Of a stretch of DNA of 64,000 nucleotides, positions 35,034 to 42,711 are shown piece after piece. The stretch comes from a virus (Duplodnaviria; Caudoviricetes): the IMG/VR virus record IMGVR_UViG_3300037400_003293, positions 1,206 to 65,205 of that record; one strand, written 5' to 3'. The stretch's first letter is position 1. The number at the start of each line of letters is the position of its first letter. The translations under genes and the position numbers were made by a program. The notes below the pieces were generated by a model, which searched no databases, was not told the origin of the DNA, and saw nothing but the letters and a program-made list of their open reading frames with translations.

Positions 35034-35366
35034 GTGTTTTATATGACACGATATGTAGTAGCTTGGTTGGTAGCAAATGCGGTAACTATGATAATGATCT
35101 TGACAATGATCGGGATCAAGATGAGCCGGAGACTCAAGAATCACTACGGACAGTATCATTACCATTATGTGGAGGATTATTATGCTAAGTATGTCACATA
35201 TATGTGTACGAAAGATCCGTGGATGGCAAGATGGTTTTCCGGAAGTAGGGTGATTCATTGGATAAAAGTCTTGACCATTGGATGGTTGGCCGCCGGATGG
35301 ATGCTGAACTGTTACTATGATTTCGAGGAAGCAGAAGACCACTTTGAACTCTATGAGGGGGATTAA
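35034..35366 (+). CDS. Two-TM membrane protein (AT-rich cassette)
   Basis: Motif at 35001 + RBS + hydrophobic segments + terminator 35355-35387. Confidence 0.65.
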   Translation: MFYMTRYVVAWLVANAVTMIMILTMIGIKMSRRLKNHYGQYHYHYVEDYYAKYVTYMCTKDPWMARWFSGSRVIHWIKVLTIGWLAAGWMLNCYYDFEEAEDHFELYEGD

Positions 35367-35387
35367 CAAAGCCCCTTCTTTTTTTTT
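35355..35387 (+). terminator. Intrinsic terminator
   Basis: GAGGGG...CCCCTTC followed by 9 T. Confidence 0.7.
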
Positions 35388-35406
35388 GTGAAAGGAGCAT
35401 GAACAA

Positions 35407-35688
35407 ATGGCCAATAAGAAAAAGATCGGAGAACTGCCTAACAACGAAAAGCTTGGAGAACTGTTGCTGAAAGCTGCAGGTGATCGTTCTTTGAGACAGT
35501 ATGCGAGGGACGCAGGCGTGGCACCAGCAAGATTGTTTGAGATGAAACGTGTGAATGGCCCGAGGCCCACAATTATTTCTCTCCTTAAGCTTACGGAAGG
35601 AAAGGCTGCTCCACAGAATGGTGTAACGCTTTCTGATTTCCTGAGTGCTGCCGGATATGGAAACTGGACGGTGGTTCATCTGTCATGA
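35407..35688 (+). CDS. XRE/Cro-like HTH protein
   Basis: LGELLLKAAGDRSLRQYARDAGVAPARLFEMKR; RBS GTGAAAGGAG. Confidence 0.7.
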   Translation: MANKKKIGELPNNEKLGELLLKAAGDRSLRQYARDAGVAPARLFEMKRVNGPRPTIISLLKLTEGKAAPQNGVTLSDFLSAAGYGNWTVVHLS

Positions 35689-35948
35689 AGACACTCATTG
35701 ATACTTTCAACTCCTGGTGGCCGGCGTGGGTTCCACATGTGCTCGACTATATTGAAGGGCCTGGGAACAGCATTGCAGTTACATTCCAGGACGATGGATA
35801 TATGACAAGCAACGCCGTGTACCATTTTGGGATGAGTGACGATGGTACTGCATTCCTGCACAGAATTGATGAACTGAATGCTACGGACTATACGCCAGAA
35901 AGGATACAGAAATGGTTAGAATCACATGCGACCGTTGCGGACGCGTAA
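35685..35948 (+). CDS. Hypothetical protein
   Basis: Coupled ATGA overlap; 87 aa. Confidence 0.55.
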   Translation: MKTLIDTFNSWWPAWVPHVLDYIEGPGNSIAVTFQDDGYMTSNAVYHFGMSDDGTAFLHRIDELNATDYTPERIQKWLESHATVADA

Positions 35949-36109
35949 TACAGAACAGTGTGCTCCCGTTGATGAATGTAAAATTCCCGGTGCTGGACAT
36001 CTCTCTCAAATACAATTTGATAGAGGAGGCCGGGAAAATAGATCTGTGTGACAATTGTAGGAAAGAATTCTTCGACTGGTTGAATGTAAAGGAGGAAAAT
36101 GAAGAATGA
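35912..36109 (+). CDS. Zn-finger-like small protein
   Basis: CDRCG...DLCDNC. Confidence 0.6.
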   Translation: MVRITCDRCGRVIQNSVLPLMNVKFPVLDISLKYNLIEEAGKIDLCDNCRKEFFDWLNVKEENEE

Positions 36110-36348
36110 GTCTGTCTCAGGAACCTGTAGCATTGCTCGATCAGTGCCATGGATATTTTGTGAAGTTTACGAGCGCGGTGGATGGAAGGGATTTTTACAT
36201 TGATCCTTCCCGGGTGATGAAGATTGATGAGATTCCGATGGGCACTCGTATGGTGCTGGAGGGAAATATTATTGTCATTGCCAAGGAGCCTTTGGACGCT
36301 GTGCTTTATGCATTGACCGGCGTGGAACCGGATGGAGAGAAGGCATGA
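36106..36348 (+). CDS. Hypothetical protein
   Basis: RBS AAGGAGG; 80 aa. Confidence 0.6.
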   Translation: MSLSQEPVALLDQCHGYFVKFTSAVDGRDFYIDPSRVMKIDEIPMGTRMVLEGNIIVIAKEPLDAVLYALTGVEPDGEKA

Positions 36349-36354
36349 CAGCTT

Positions 36355-36549
36355 GTGATTGCTCCAAATTATGCTGGGCCACAGTCGCCATGTGATAAGG
36401 ATTGCAGCAAAAGGAGCCCAACTTGTCACGGTGAGTGCGTCCGTTGGAAGGCGTACGAGGAGAGACGACGAGCCTATCTCGAGGAAATTTATAGGCGGAA
36501 ACAGGCTATTCCGTACCGCAAAAAGAGGAATAATGGAGGCATGTGGTGA
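36355..36549 (+). CDS. Cys-rich small protein
   Basis: PCDKDCSKRSPTCHGECVRW. Confidence 0.55.
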   Translation: MIAPNYAGPQSPCDKDCSKRSPTCHGECVRWKAYEERRRAYLEEIYRRKQAIPYRKKRNNGGMW

Positions 36550-36568
36550 GGCAAAAAGGCAATTTTAG

Positions 36569-36860
36569 TGGCCACTTTGGCCATTTTCAAAAGTGGCCAT
36601 TTTCGGTCAAAAGTGGCCAATTGGCCAAATTTCGGGTAGTTAGTCATGACTAATTGTGTCAAAAATGTGTCACGATGGCCAAAAAAGTGGCCAATTGCCC
36701 GGGTTCTGCCCACTTTTAAAAACAAAAGTGGCCACACCTTTTTGCCTGATACCACAGGGGTTTTCGTCAAAAGTGGCCAATTGCCCACCCTTTTTCTTAT
36801 TTATTATAGAAAAAATTTTTATATATAATAAATAGGAAATTACCCGGGCAAATGGCCAAT
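36569..36860. repeat. TGGCCA / AAGTGGCCA repeat cluster with an AT-rich patch (putative replication origin)
   Basis: 10 TGGCCA palindromes in about 290 nt, five as AAGTGGCCA; AT-rich 36791-36840. Confidence 0.7.
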
Positions 36861-37040
36861 TCACAAATTTTGATATTTTTCACCAAATTCTGCCTGTGCT
36901 TTTGCACGGGCTTTTCTGTTTCGACCAAAACCGGCTAACGGGCTGAAAAAAACGAAATTTACAAGCCCTATTATGAAGAGAGAGTGACTCATGCACTTTC
37001 TCTTCTTTTGGTCGATTTTTGATAAAGGAGGATGCACTGC

Positions 37041-37391
37041 TTGAGTACGCCATTGGAAAGCGCGTTTCAGTCAAGGTTGAGAAAACAGATTGGAAAGCTG
37101 CTTCCGGGAGCCATCCTGATTAAGTTGCCAAGCGGCAACAAGCAGGGCATTCCTGATCTATTGATACTTTACAAATCCAAATGGGCGACACTGGAATGCA
37201 AGAGAAGCGCAACTGCCTCTCACCGCCCTAACCAGGATTGGTATGTGAAGACAATGGATCATATGTCCTTTAGCCGATTTATCTACCCGGAAAACCGGGA
37301 CAAGATATTGAAGGAGCTTCTTGATTTTATGAAGACCGAGAAAGGACACGACCAAAATGAAATTCAACCAACACTCAAACCTTCTAGGTAG
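37041..37391 (+). CDS. VRR-NUC domain nuclease
   Basis: ESAFQ...GIPDL...LECK...RPNQ; TTG start after RBS AAAGGAGG. Confidence 0.85.
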   Translation: MSTPLESAFQSRLRKQIGKLLPGAILIKLPSGNKQGIPDLLILYKSKWATLECKRSATASHRPNQDWYVKTMDHMSFSRFIYPENRDKILKELLDFMKTEKGHDQNEIQPTLKPSR

Positions 37392-37914
37392 TCATGCGTT
37401 TCTGAGCGCCAGCAATTATCACTGGATTAACTATGACGAAGAAAAGCTGATTACAAGTTACAAGAACTTTACGGCTTCTCAGCGCGGCACAGAGCTGCAT
37501 GAATTTGCAGCCACATGTATCAGGCTCGGACAAAAGCTGCCACGCAGCAACAAAACCCTGAATATGTATGTGAACGATGCCATCGGTTACAAGATGACGC
37601 CGGAGCAAGTTCTCTACTACTCTGATACTTGTTATGGCACAGCAGATTCAATTGTCTTCCGGGACGATAAGCTTAGGATCCACGATCTGAAAACCGGAGC
37701 GATCCCGGCGCACATGGAGCAGCTGATGGTGTATACCGCGCTGTTCTGTCTTGAATACAAGATGAAGCCGGGTTTGATTGACATGGAACTTCGTATCTAC
37801 CAGAACGATGACATCGTCATCTATGTTCCGCAGGCAGATGAGATCCTGCCAATCATTGATAAAATCATCAAGTTTGACAAGCTGATCAATCGGCTGAAAG
37901 AACAGGAGGGATAA
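37357..37914 (+). CDS. PD-(D/E)XK (Cas4/RecB-like) exonuclease
   Basis: RGTELHE, GTADSI, IHDLKTG and QLMVY. Confidence 0.8.
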   Translation: MKFNQHSNLLGSHAFLSASNYHWINYDEEKLITSYKNFTASQRGTELHEFAATCIRLGQKLPRSNKTLNMYVNDAIGYKMTPEQVLYYSDTCYGTADSIVFRDDKLRIHDLKTGAIPAHMEQLMVYTALFCLEYKMKPGLIDMELRIYQNDDIVIYVPQADEILPIIDKIIKFDKLINRLKEQEG

Positions 37915-37916
37915 GC

Positions 37917-40889
37917 ATGGATAATTTACTGTTGGAAATGCTGTCTCTCTATTCTGGCGATCCTCTGGATCTGTACTTGATGAATGACGAGACACTGGAA
38001 CACGCTTATGAAGCGCAGGGCATCGGTGCCACAGGTGCTGGCGGAAGAACAAGAGAAGCCAGCTCTCAGGGTATTGGATCGGGAAGATACAGGAAAGGCA
38101 CCGGCGACAATCCTTATCAGCATGGATTCAGCAACTTCCTGGATCGTGTGGACTATTATAAACGCTCTGGTGTGACCAATCAGAAAGATTTGGCCAAGCT
38201 GTGTGGATGTGAAAATACGACTGATTTTCGTATTGCTTACTCTCAGGCTTTGCATGAGTGGAAGGTCAACCGTGCTGCCACTGCGCAGGCAATGCTGGAC
38301 AGCGGTAAGTACAAGACCAAGAAAGCAGTTGCTGAAGCGCTTGGCATTCGGGATACTACTCTCACTTCCTGGCTGAATCCCAAGTCTTTGGAGCGAGTCA
38401 ACCAGGCGCAGAATGTGGCGGATTTCCTGGAGAACCAGCTCAAAGAAAAGAAAATGATAGATGTTGGTGTCGGTGTAGAGAGGGAACTCAACTGCAGCCG
38501 CACCAAACTGGCTGAAGCCTTGGCCATCCTTGAGCAAAAAGGATACAACGTGTATGGCGGCCGTGTGCCGCAGGCAACGAATCCTGGAAAGAAGACAACG
38601 CTTAGCGTGCTGGCAGATACTGATCAGAAATGGAGTGATGTTTATAATCATCCCGAATTGATACAATCTGTGGCAGACTATATTGTCCGTCAAGATGGCG
38701 AAGGCAATGACGTTGTTCAGAAGAAATGGCAATATCCCGAGTCTTTGGATAGCTCCAGACTGATGATCCGTTATCGTGACGATAAAGCGTACGATGGCCA
38801 CACCGGTTGGGAGAAGGACGGAACCATTGAACTGCGCCGAAATGTGCCTGATTTGGATCTGCAAGGCAGCCACTATGCTCAGGTCCGCATCATGGTAGAT
38901 GGAAATAAGTACCTTAAAGGTATGGCGCTTTATTCTGACCATATGCCAGATGGTGTTGATGTGGTATTTAATACCAATAAGACACCCGGCGAAGATGTTC
39001 TAAAGAACATTAAGAAAGATCCCGATAATCCTTTTGGTGCATTGCTTCGCAATGAAGGCGGTCAGTATACTTATGAAGATAAAGATGGCAACACCAAGCT
39101 TGGGTTGATCAACAAGACCAGGCAGGAAGGCGACTGGGAAGATTGGAAGGATTCTCTTCCTTCTCAGTTTTTGGCCAAACAGCCTATTGCTCTCATTGAT
39201 AAACAGCTGAATAAGACGATTGAAGAGAAACAGGCTGAGTTCGATGAGATTATGGCGCTGACCAACCCGACAGTAAAGAAGTCGTTGTTGGCTGATTTTG
39301 CTGAAGCCTGTGATTACCAATCTGTTCATATGCAAGCAGCCGCTTTACCTAGGCAGAAGTATCAGGTATTATTGCCTGTTCCTACCTTGAATGATAATGA
39401 GGTTTATGCTCCTTATTACAAGAACGGCGAAACAATTGCTTGTATCCGATTCCCAAACCAAGGATTGTTTGAGATTGCCATTTGCAAGGTAAATAATAAC
39501 AATCCGCAGGGTGTGGAAATGATCGGCAATTCAATGGACGCTATCGGATTGAACAAAGCTAACGCAGATCGTCTGTCCGGTGCTGATAATGATGGCGATA
39601 CTGTTCTTTGCGTCCCCTGCAATGATCCCAAATACAGCGACACAAAGATTATGAACCAGCCGCTGTTGGAAGGATTGCGTGATTTTGATCCCAAAGTCCA
39701 GTACAGGTGTGATCACATTGAGACACGTACAGAGCGGGTTAAGAAAAAAGATAAATTTGGTAATGTCCTTAAAGACGAAGACGGAAATCCCGTTTATGAG
39801 GAAAAAGAAGTAGAGCATTATTTCCGAAACGGGAAAGAGTTCAAGCCAATGACTCGTACTCAGATGGAAATGGGGATCGTTAGCAATTTGATGATGGATG
39901 CTACGCTTCGTGGCGCGTCTGATGATGATAAAGCTGCGATTGCCCGCCATTGTCAGGTCGTTATCGACGCAGAAAAGCACCATCTGGACTGGCAGCAGAG
40001 TGCCATTGATAATCATATTAAGGAGCTCAAAAAGAAATACCAGGAACGGATTGATGATGAGGACGGATCTTATCATTATGGCGCTTCCACTTTGATAACG
40101 AGAGCCAAATCGCCTACACAGATTGTCAAACCTACAGGTGCTCCTCATATTGACCCTGAAACCGGCAAATTATATTACACAGATAAACAAAAGAAACCGC
40201 AAACTTATTATGATAAAAAGACTGGCAAGACCAAGGTCCGCATGGAAGATGTGGCACTGCTGGAGACAAAAGATAGCGCCTTTGATCTGGTGTCTGATAT
40301 GCACAATGCCAAGGAGCTGGCATATGCCAAGTTCTCTGATACGCTGCGTGATATGGCCAACCAAGCTCGAAAGGTTATTGCCAATACCGGAGACATCCAG
40401 TTTAATAAGCAGGCGGAAGCCAAATACCATGAAGAAGCGGAGCACTTATTGAGCGAATTGATGATTTCTGAAATGAATGCTCCACGTGAGCGTATGGCCC
40501 AGCTGTATGCCCGCGGTATAACCCTGGCCAAGCTGCGGGACAATCCCGATATGACCAAAAAAGAGCAGAGAAAGGCAAGTCAATCTGCCTTGGCGGAAGG
40601 AAGAGTTCGTTTTGGTGCACATCGACATAAAATCGATATTTCTCCAAGAGAATGGGAAGCGATTCAGGCCGGTGCGATCAATAAAACAAAACTGACCGCC
40701 ATCCTCAAATATGCAGACTCCGATAAAGTGCGCAATTATGCCACACCGAAGGCTTCTACCAATTTGACGCCTGGTCAGGTGAACCGTATTAAGAGTGCAT
40801 TGGCTAGCGGCGTTTCTCCTTCTTCTTTGGCCGAGCAATATCATGTGTCTGTGTCTGCTATTAACGCCTATAGAAAGAAGAAATCGTAA
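37917..40889 (+). CDS. Single-subunit two-barrel (DPBB) RNA polymerase-like protein with HTH domains
   Basis: Catalytic-like LSGADNDGDT preceded by RFP; HTH segments KTKKAVAEALGIRDTTLTSWL and GVSPSSLAEQYHVSVSAI. Confidence 0.7.
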   Translation: MDNLLLEMLSLYSGDPLDLYLMNDETLEHAYEAQGIGATGAGGRTREASSQGIGSGRYRKGTGDNPYQHGFSNFLDRVDYYKRSGVTNQKDLAKLCGCENTTDFRIAYSQALHEWKVNRAATAQAMLDSGKYKTKKAVAEALGIRDTTLTSWLNPKSLERVNQAQNVADFLENQLKEKKMIDVGVGVERELNCSRTKLAEALAILEQKGYNVYGGRVPQATNPGKKTTLSVLADTDQKWSDVYNHPELIQSVADYIVRQDGEGNDVVQKKWQYPESLDSSRLMIRYRDDKAYDGHTGWEKDGTIELRRNVPDLDLQGSHYAQVRIMVDGNKYLKGMALYSDHMPDGVDVVFNTNKTPGEDVLKNIKKDPDNPFGALLRNEGGQYTYEDKDGNTKLGLINKTRQEGDWEDWKDSLPSQFLAKQPIALIDKQLNKTIEEKQAEFDEIMALTNPTVKKSLLADFAEACDYQSVHMQAAALPRQKYQVLLPVPTLNDNEVYAPYYKNGETIACIRFPNQGLFEIAICKVNNNNPQGVEMIGNSMDAIGLNKANADRLSGADNDGDTVLCVPCNDPKYSDTKIMNQPLLEGLRDFDPKVQYRCDHIETRTERVKKKDKFGNVLKDEDGNPVYEEKEVEHYFRNGKEFKPMTRTQMEMGIVSNLMMDATLRGASDDDKAAIARHCQVVIDAEKHHLDWQQSAIDNHIKELKKKYQERIDDEDGSYHYGASTLITRAKSPTQIVKPTGAPHIDPETGKLYYTDKQKKPQTYYDKKTGKTKVRMEDVALLETKDSAFDLVSDMHNAKELAYAKFSDTLRDMANQARKVIANTGDIQFNKQAEAKYHEEAEHLLSELMISEMNAPRERMAQLYARGITLAKLRDNPDMTKKEQRKASQSALAEGRVRFGAHRHKIDISPREWEAIQAGAINKTKLTAILKYADSDKVRNYATPKASTNLTPGQVNRIKSALASGVSPSSLAEQYHVSVSAINAYRKKKS

Positions 40890-40905
40890 GAAAGGAGTGA
40901 TCTGA

Positions 40906-41160
40906 GTGTCTGGAGAATGCGCAATCACTACATTCGACAATCCTTACGATCCTTTTACTCAGTTTGATCACTGGTTTCTGTACGATTGCGAAAAAGGTTA
41001 TTATTCTTGCGGCTATTTGGCGAGAATTGCACGTTTAGCAAACGCAATGACAGAAGAAGAAAAGGATGCTGAAGTTGAACGAGCAATTGATGAGATTATT
41101 TCGTTCGATTTCATGGGAATTTACAAGAAAGTGTACAGAAAAGAGCCAGTTTCAGCATAA
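40906..41160 (+). CDS. Conserved hypothetical phage protein
   Basis: RBS GAAAGGAG; TTFDNPYDPFTQFDHW. Confidence 0.75.
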   Translation: MSGECAITTFDNPYDPFTQFDHWFLYDCEKGYYSCGYLARIARLANAMTEEEKDAEVERAIDEIISFDFMGIYKKVYRKEPVSA

Positions 41161-41283
41161 TTCTGCACCAAACAACAAAAGAAAGGCTAAAAATGAAGCA
41201 CATTTCGTTCAAATTTATGGGAAAAACATACAAACAATGCACAGAGAGGCGTGTAACTGCCCAAAACTGACATAAACCGCATA

Positions 41284-41360
41284 GGGAGGGGGTCCGAAAA
41301 AACACACCCCCTCCCCTTATCGCGGGGTTCTTCGATTTTCCTCCGGGGGACATTTTTGGA
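41284..41360. other. Putative cos / packaging region
   Basis: Perfect 10-bp IR GGGAGGGGGT/ACCCCCTCCC plus G/C runs in the intergenic gap just before the terS-like/HNH/terL genes. The location is inferred. Confidence 0.45.
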
Positions 41361-41393
41361 TAGTGAATTCTGGAATCGGTCGATTTGCAACAT

Positions 41394-41534
41394 TTGAATG
41401 AGTCTATGGGATGGCGGACGTGTTTCATGGGTCACCTCCTTTCGGTCATGATACTTTCAGTGTTCTTTTTGGTTGTGCAGCTTTTTCCAACCATGCTCCT
41501 TTCACCACTGAAACCCTCTCATAGACTCATTCAA
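41394..41534. ncRNA. Structured element closed by a 15-bp IR, with two anti-SD loops
   Basis: TTGAATGAGTCTATG/CATAGACTCATTCAA; inner stems TCATG/CATGA, TTTCAGTG/CACTGAAA and GGTTG/CAACC. Confidence 0.55.
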
Positions 41535-41599
41535 GTGCTGCAAAGCATGTAAAAACTCAATAGAACAGGAGATGAAGTACCATCAAAAGCACGGATAGT

Positions 41600-41923
41600 A
41601 TGGAGTCTCCTCGGGCTCCGAGACGATTGAGGCCTGGTTTGTCCCCTGAGGCCGATGAAAATCAGCTGATTTCCCTCTCCATCGACGCTGCAAAGAAGAT
41701 GTTGGTCGAGGGAACTGCTCCAACGTCTATTGTTCTGCATTACTTGAAGCTCGCTACCACCAGGGAACGGATGGAACGCGAAATGATGGCCACGCAGAAG
41801 GAACTAATGGAAGCCAAGAAGCAGGCGCTCGAATCTCAGGCCAAAGTGGAACAGCTATACGCCGATGCCATGAAGGCCATGCAGCGTTACAGCGGTTATG
41901 GTGATACGGATGAGCCGCACTGA
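41600..41923 (+). CDS. Conserved protein at the start of the packaging module (possible terminase small subunit)
   Basis: PEADENQLISL...GTAPTSIVLHYLKLATTRE; position before HNH/TerL. Confidence 0.6.
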   Translation: MESPRAPRRLRPGLSPEADENQLISLSIDAAKKMLVEGTAPTSIVLHYLKLATTRERMEREMMATQKELMEAKKQALESQAKVEQLYADAMKAMQRYSGYGDTDEPH

Positions 41924-42335
41924 TCTTCGAACATACACGGAGCTTTCCAAACTCAAGACGTTTGCTGAGCGGTTTGAATACCTGAAGCTGAATGGTGAAG
42001 TTGGTAAAGATACTTTCGGATACGACCGGTACCTGAACCAGCGTTTTTACCATTCTCCCGAATGGCGTCGGATTCGAGATCAGATTATTGTGCGAGACAA
42101 TGGCTGTGATCTTGGTGTAGAAGGTTATACCATCTATGACAAGATCTACATCCACCATATGAATCCGATCACCGTTATGGATATTTACACCACTTCCGGT
42201 CTGCTTACCATGCCGGAGTTTCTTATATGTGTGTCATATGAAACACATAATGCCATTCACTATGGAGATGCATCAAAGCTCAGGAGTGATCCGGTAGAAC
42301 GGCGTCCGAACGACACCTGCCCCTGGAAATTATAG
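41898..42335 (+). CDS. HNH endonuclease
   Basis: WRRIRDQIIVRDNGCDLG...IHHMNP...THNAIH. Confidence 0.85.
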   Translation: MVIRMSRTDLRTYTELSKLKTFAERFEYLKLNGEVGKDTFGYDRYLNQRFYHSPEWRRIRDQIIVRDNGCDLGVEGYTIYDKIYIHHMNPITVMDIYTTSGLLTMPEFLICVSYETHNAIHYGDASKLRSDPVERRPNDTCPWKL

Positions 42336-42339
42336 GAGG

Positions 42340-42711
42340 TTGCTTATGGAAGACAGCATTTTACGGTCTGTCAGAAAGGTCTGTGGACCGGGTGCGGAAA
42401 GTGGCGATTTCGACACTGACCTCATCATACATATTAACTCCGTGCTGTCTATCCTTCAGCAACTAGGCGTAGGCCCGGAGAATGGATACTATGTCGATAG
42501 TGACGCTCAGACATGGGACGACTATTTGGGCGAAAATTCCTTTCACCTCAATATGGTGAAGTCCTATTTATGTGCAAAGGTTCGGTTGCTCTTCGATCCC
42601 CCAGTTTCTTCGGCGGTGTTGAACAGCCTTGAACATTTGTGTTCTGAGTTCGAATGGCGGTCTAACGTAGCCGCCGAAAATAAAGCATTAGAGGAGGCGA
42701 AGAGTTCATGA
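42340..42711 (+). CDS. Head-tail connector-like protein
   Basis: SIL.SVRK...FDTDLIIHINS...L.QLGVGP...KVRLLFDPP (recall of phage connector families). Confidence 0.6.
   Translation: MLMEDSILRSVRKVCGPGAESGDFDTDLIIHINSVLSILQQLGVGPENGYYVDSDAQTWDDYLGENSFHLNMVKSYLCAKVRLLFDPPVSSAVLNSLEHLCSEFEWRSNVAAENKALEEAKSS

Larger units (their letters stand above)
10647..36978 (+). promoter_or_regulatory. Dispersed motif YRCG-AWWTWWACA-N8-TATGRA, 16 copies
   Basis: Copies at about 10647, 11828, 12172, 13241, 15772, 15978, 16143, 16317, 16552, 16916, 17989, 21092, 29533, 29918, 35001 and 36951. All are on +, in gene-free positions or directly upstream of genes/RNAs. Confidence 0.85.

Noticed and set aside
37357-37914. 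Cas4 as part of a CRISPR system
   Set aside because: It is a solitary PD-(D/E)XK nuclease in a replication/recombination context, with no cas1/cas2 or array.
41111-41428. 105-aa minus-strand protein as an annotated CDS
   Set aside because: It has a good SD, but the product looks compositionally random and crosses the putative cos repeats. It is retained only as the alternative explanation for the anti-SD element.
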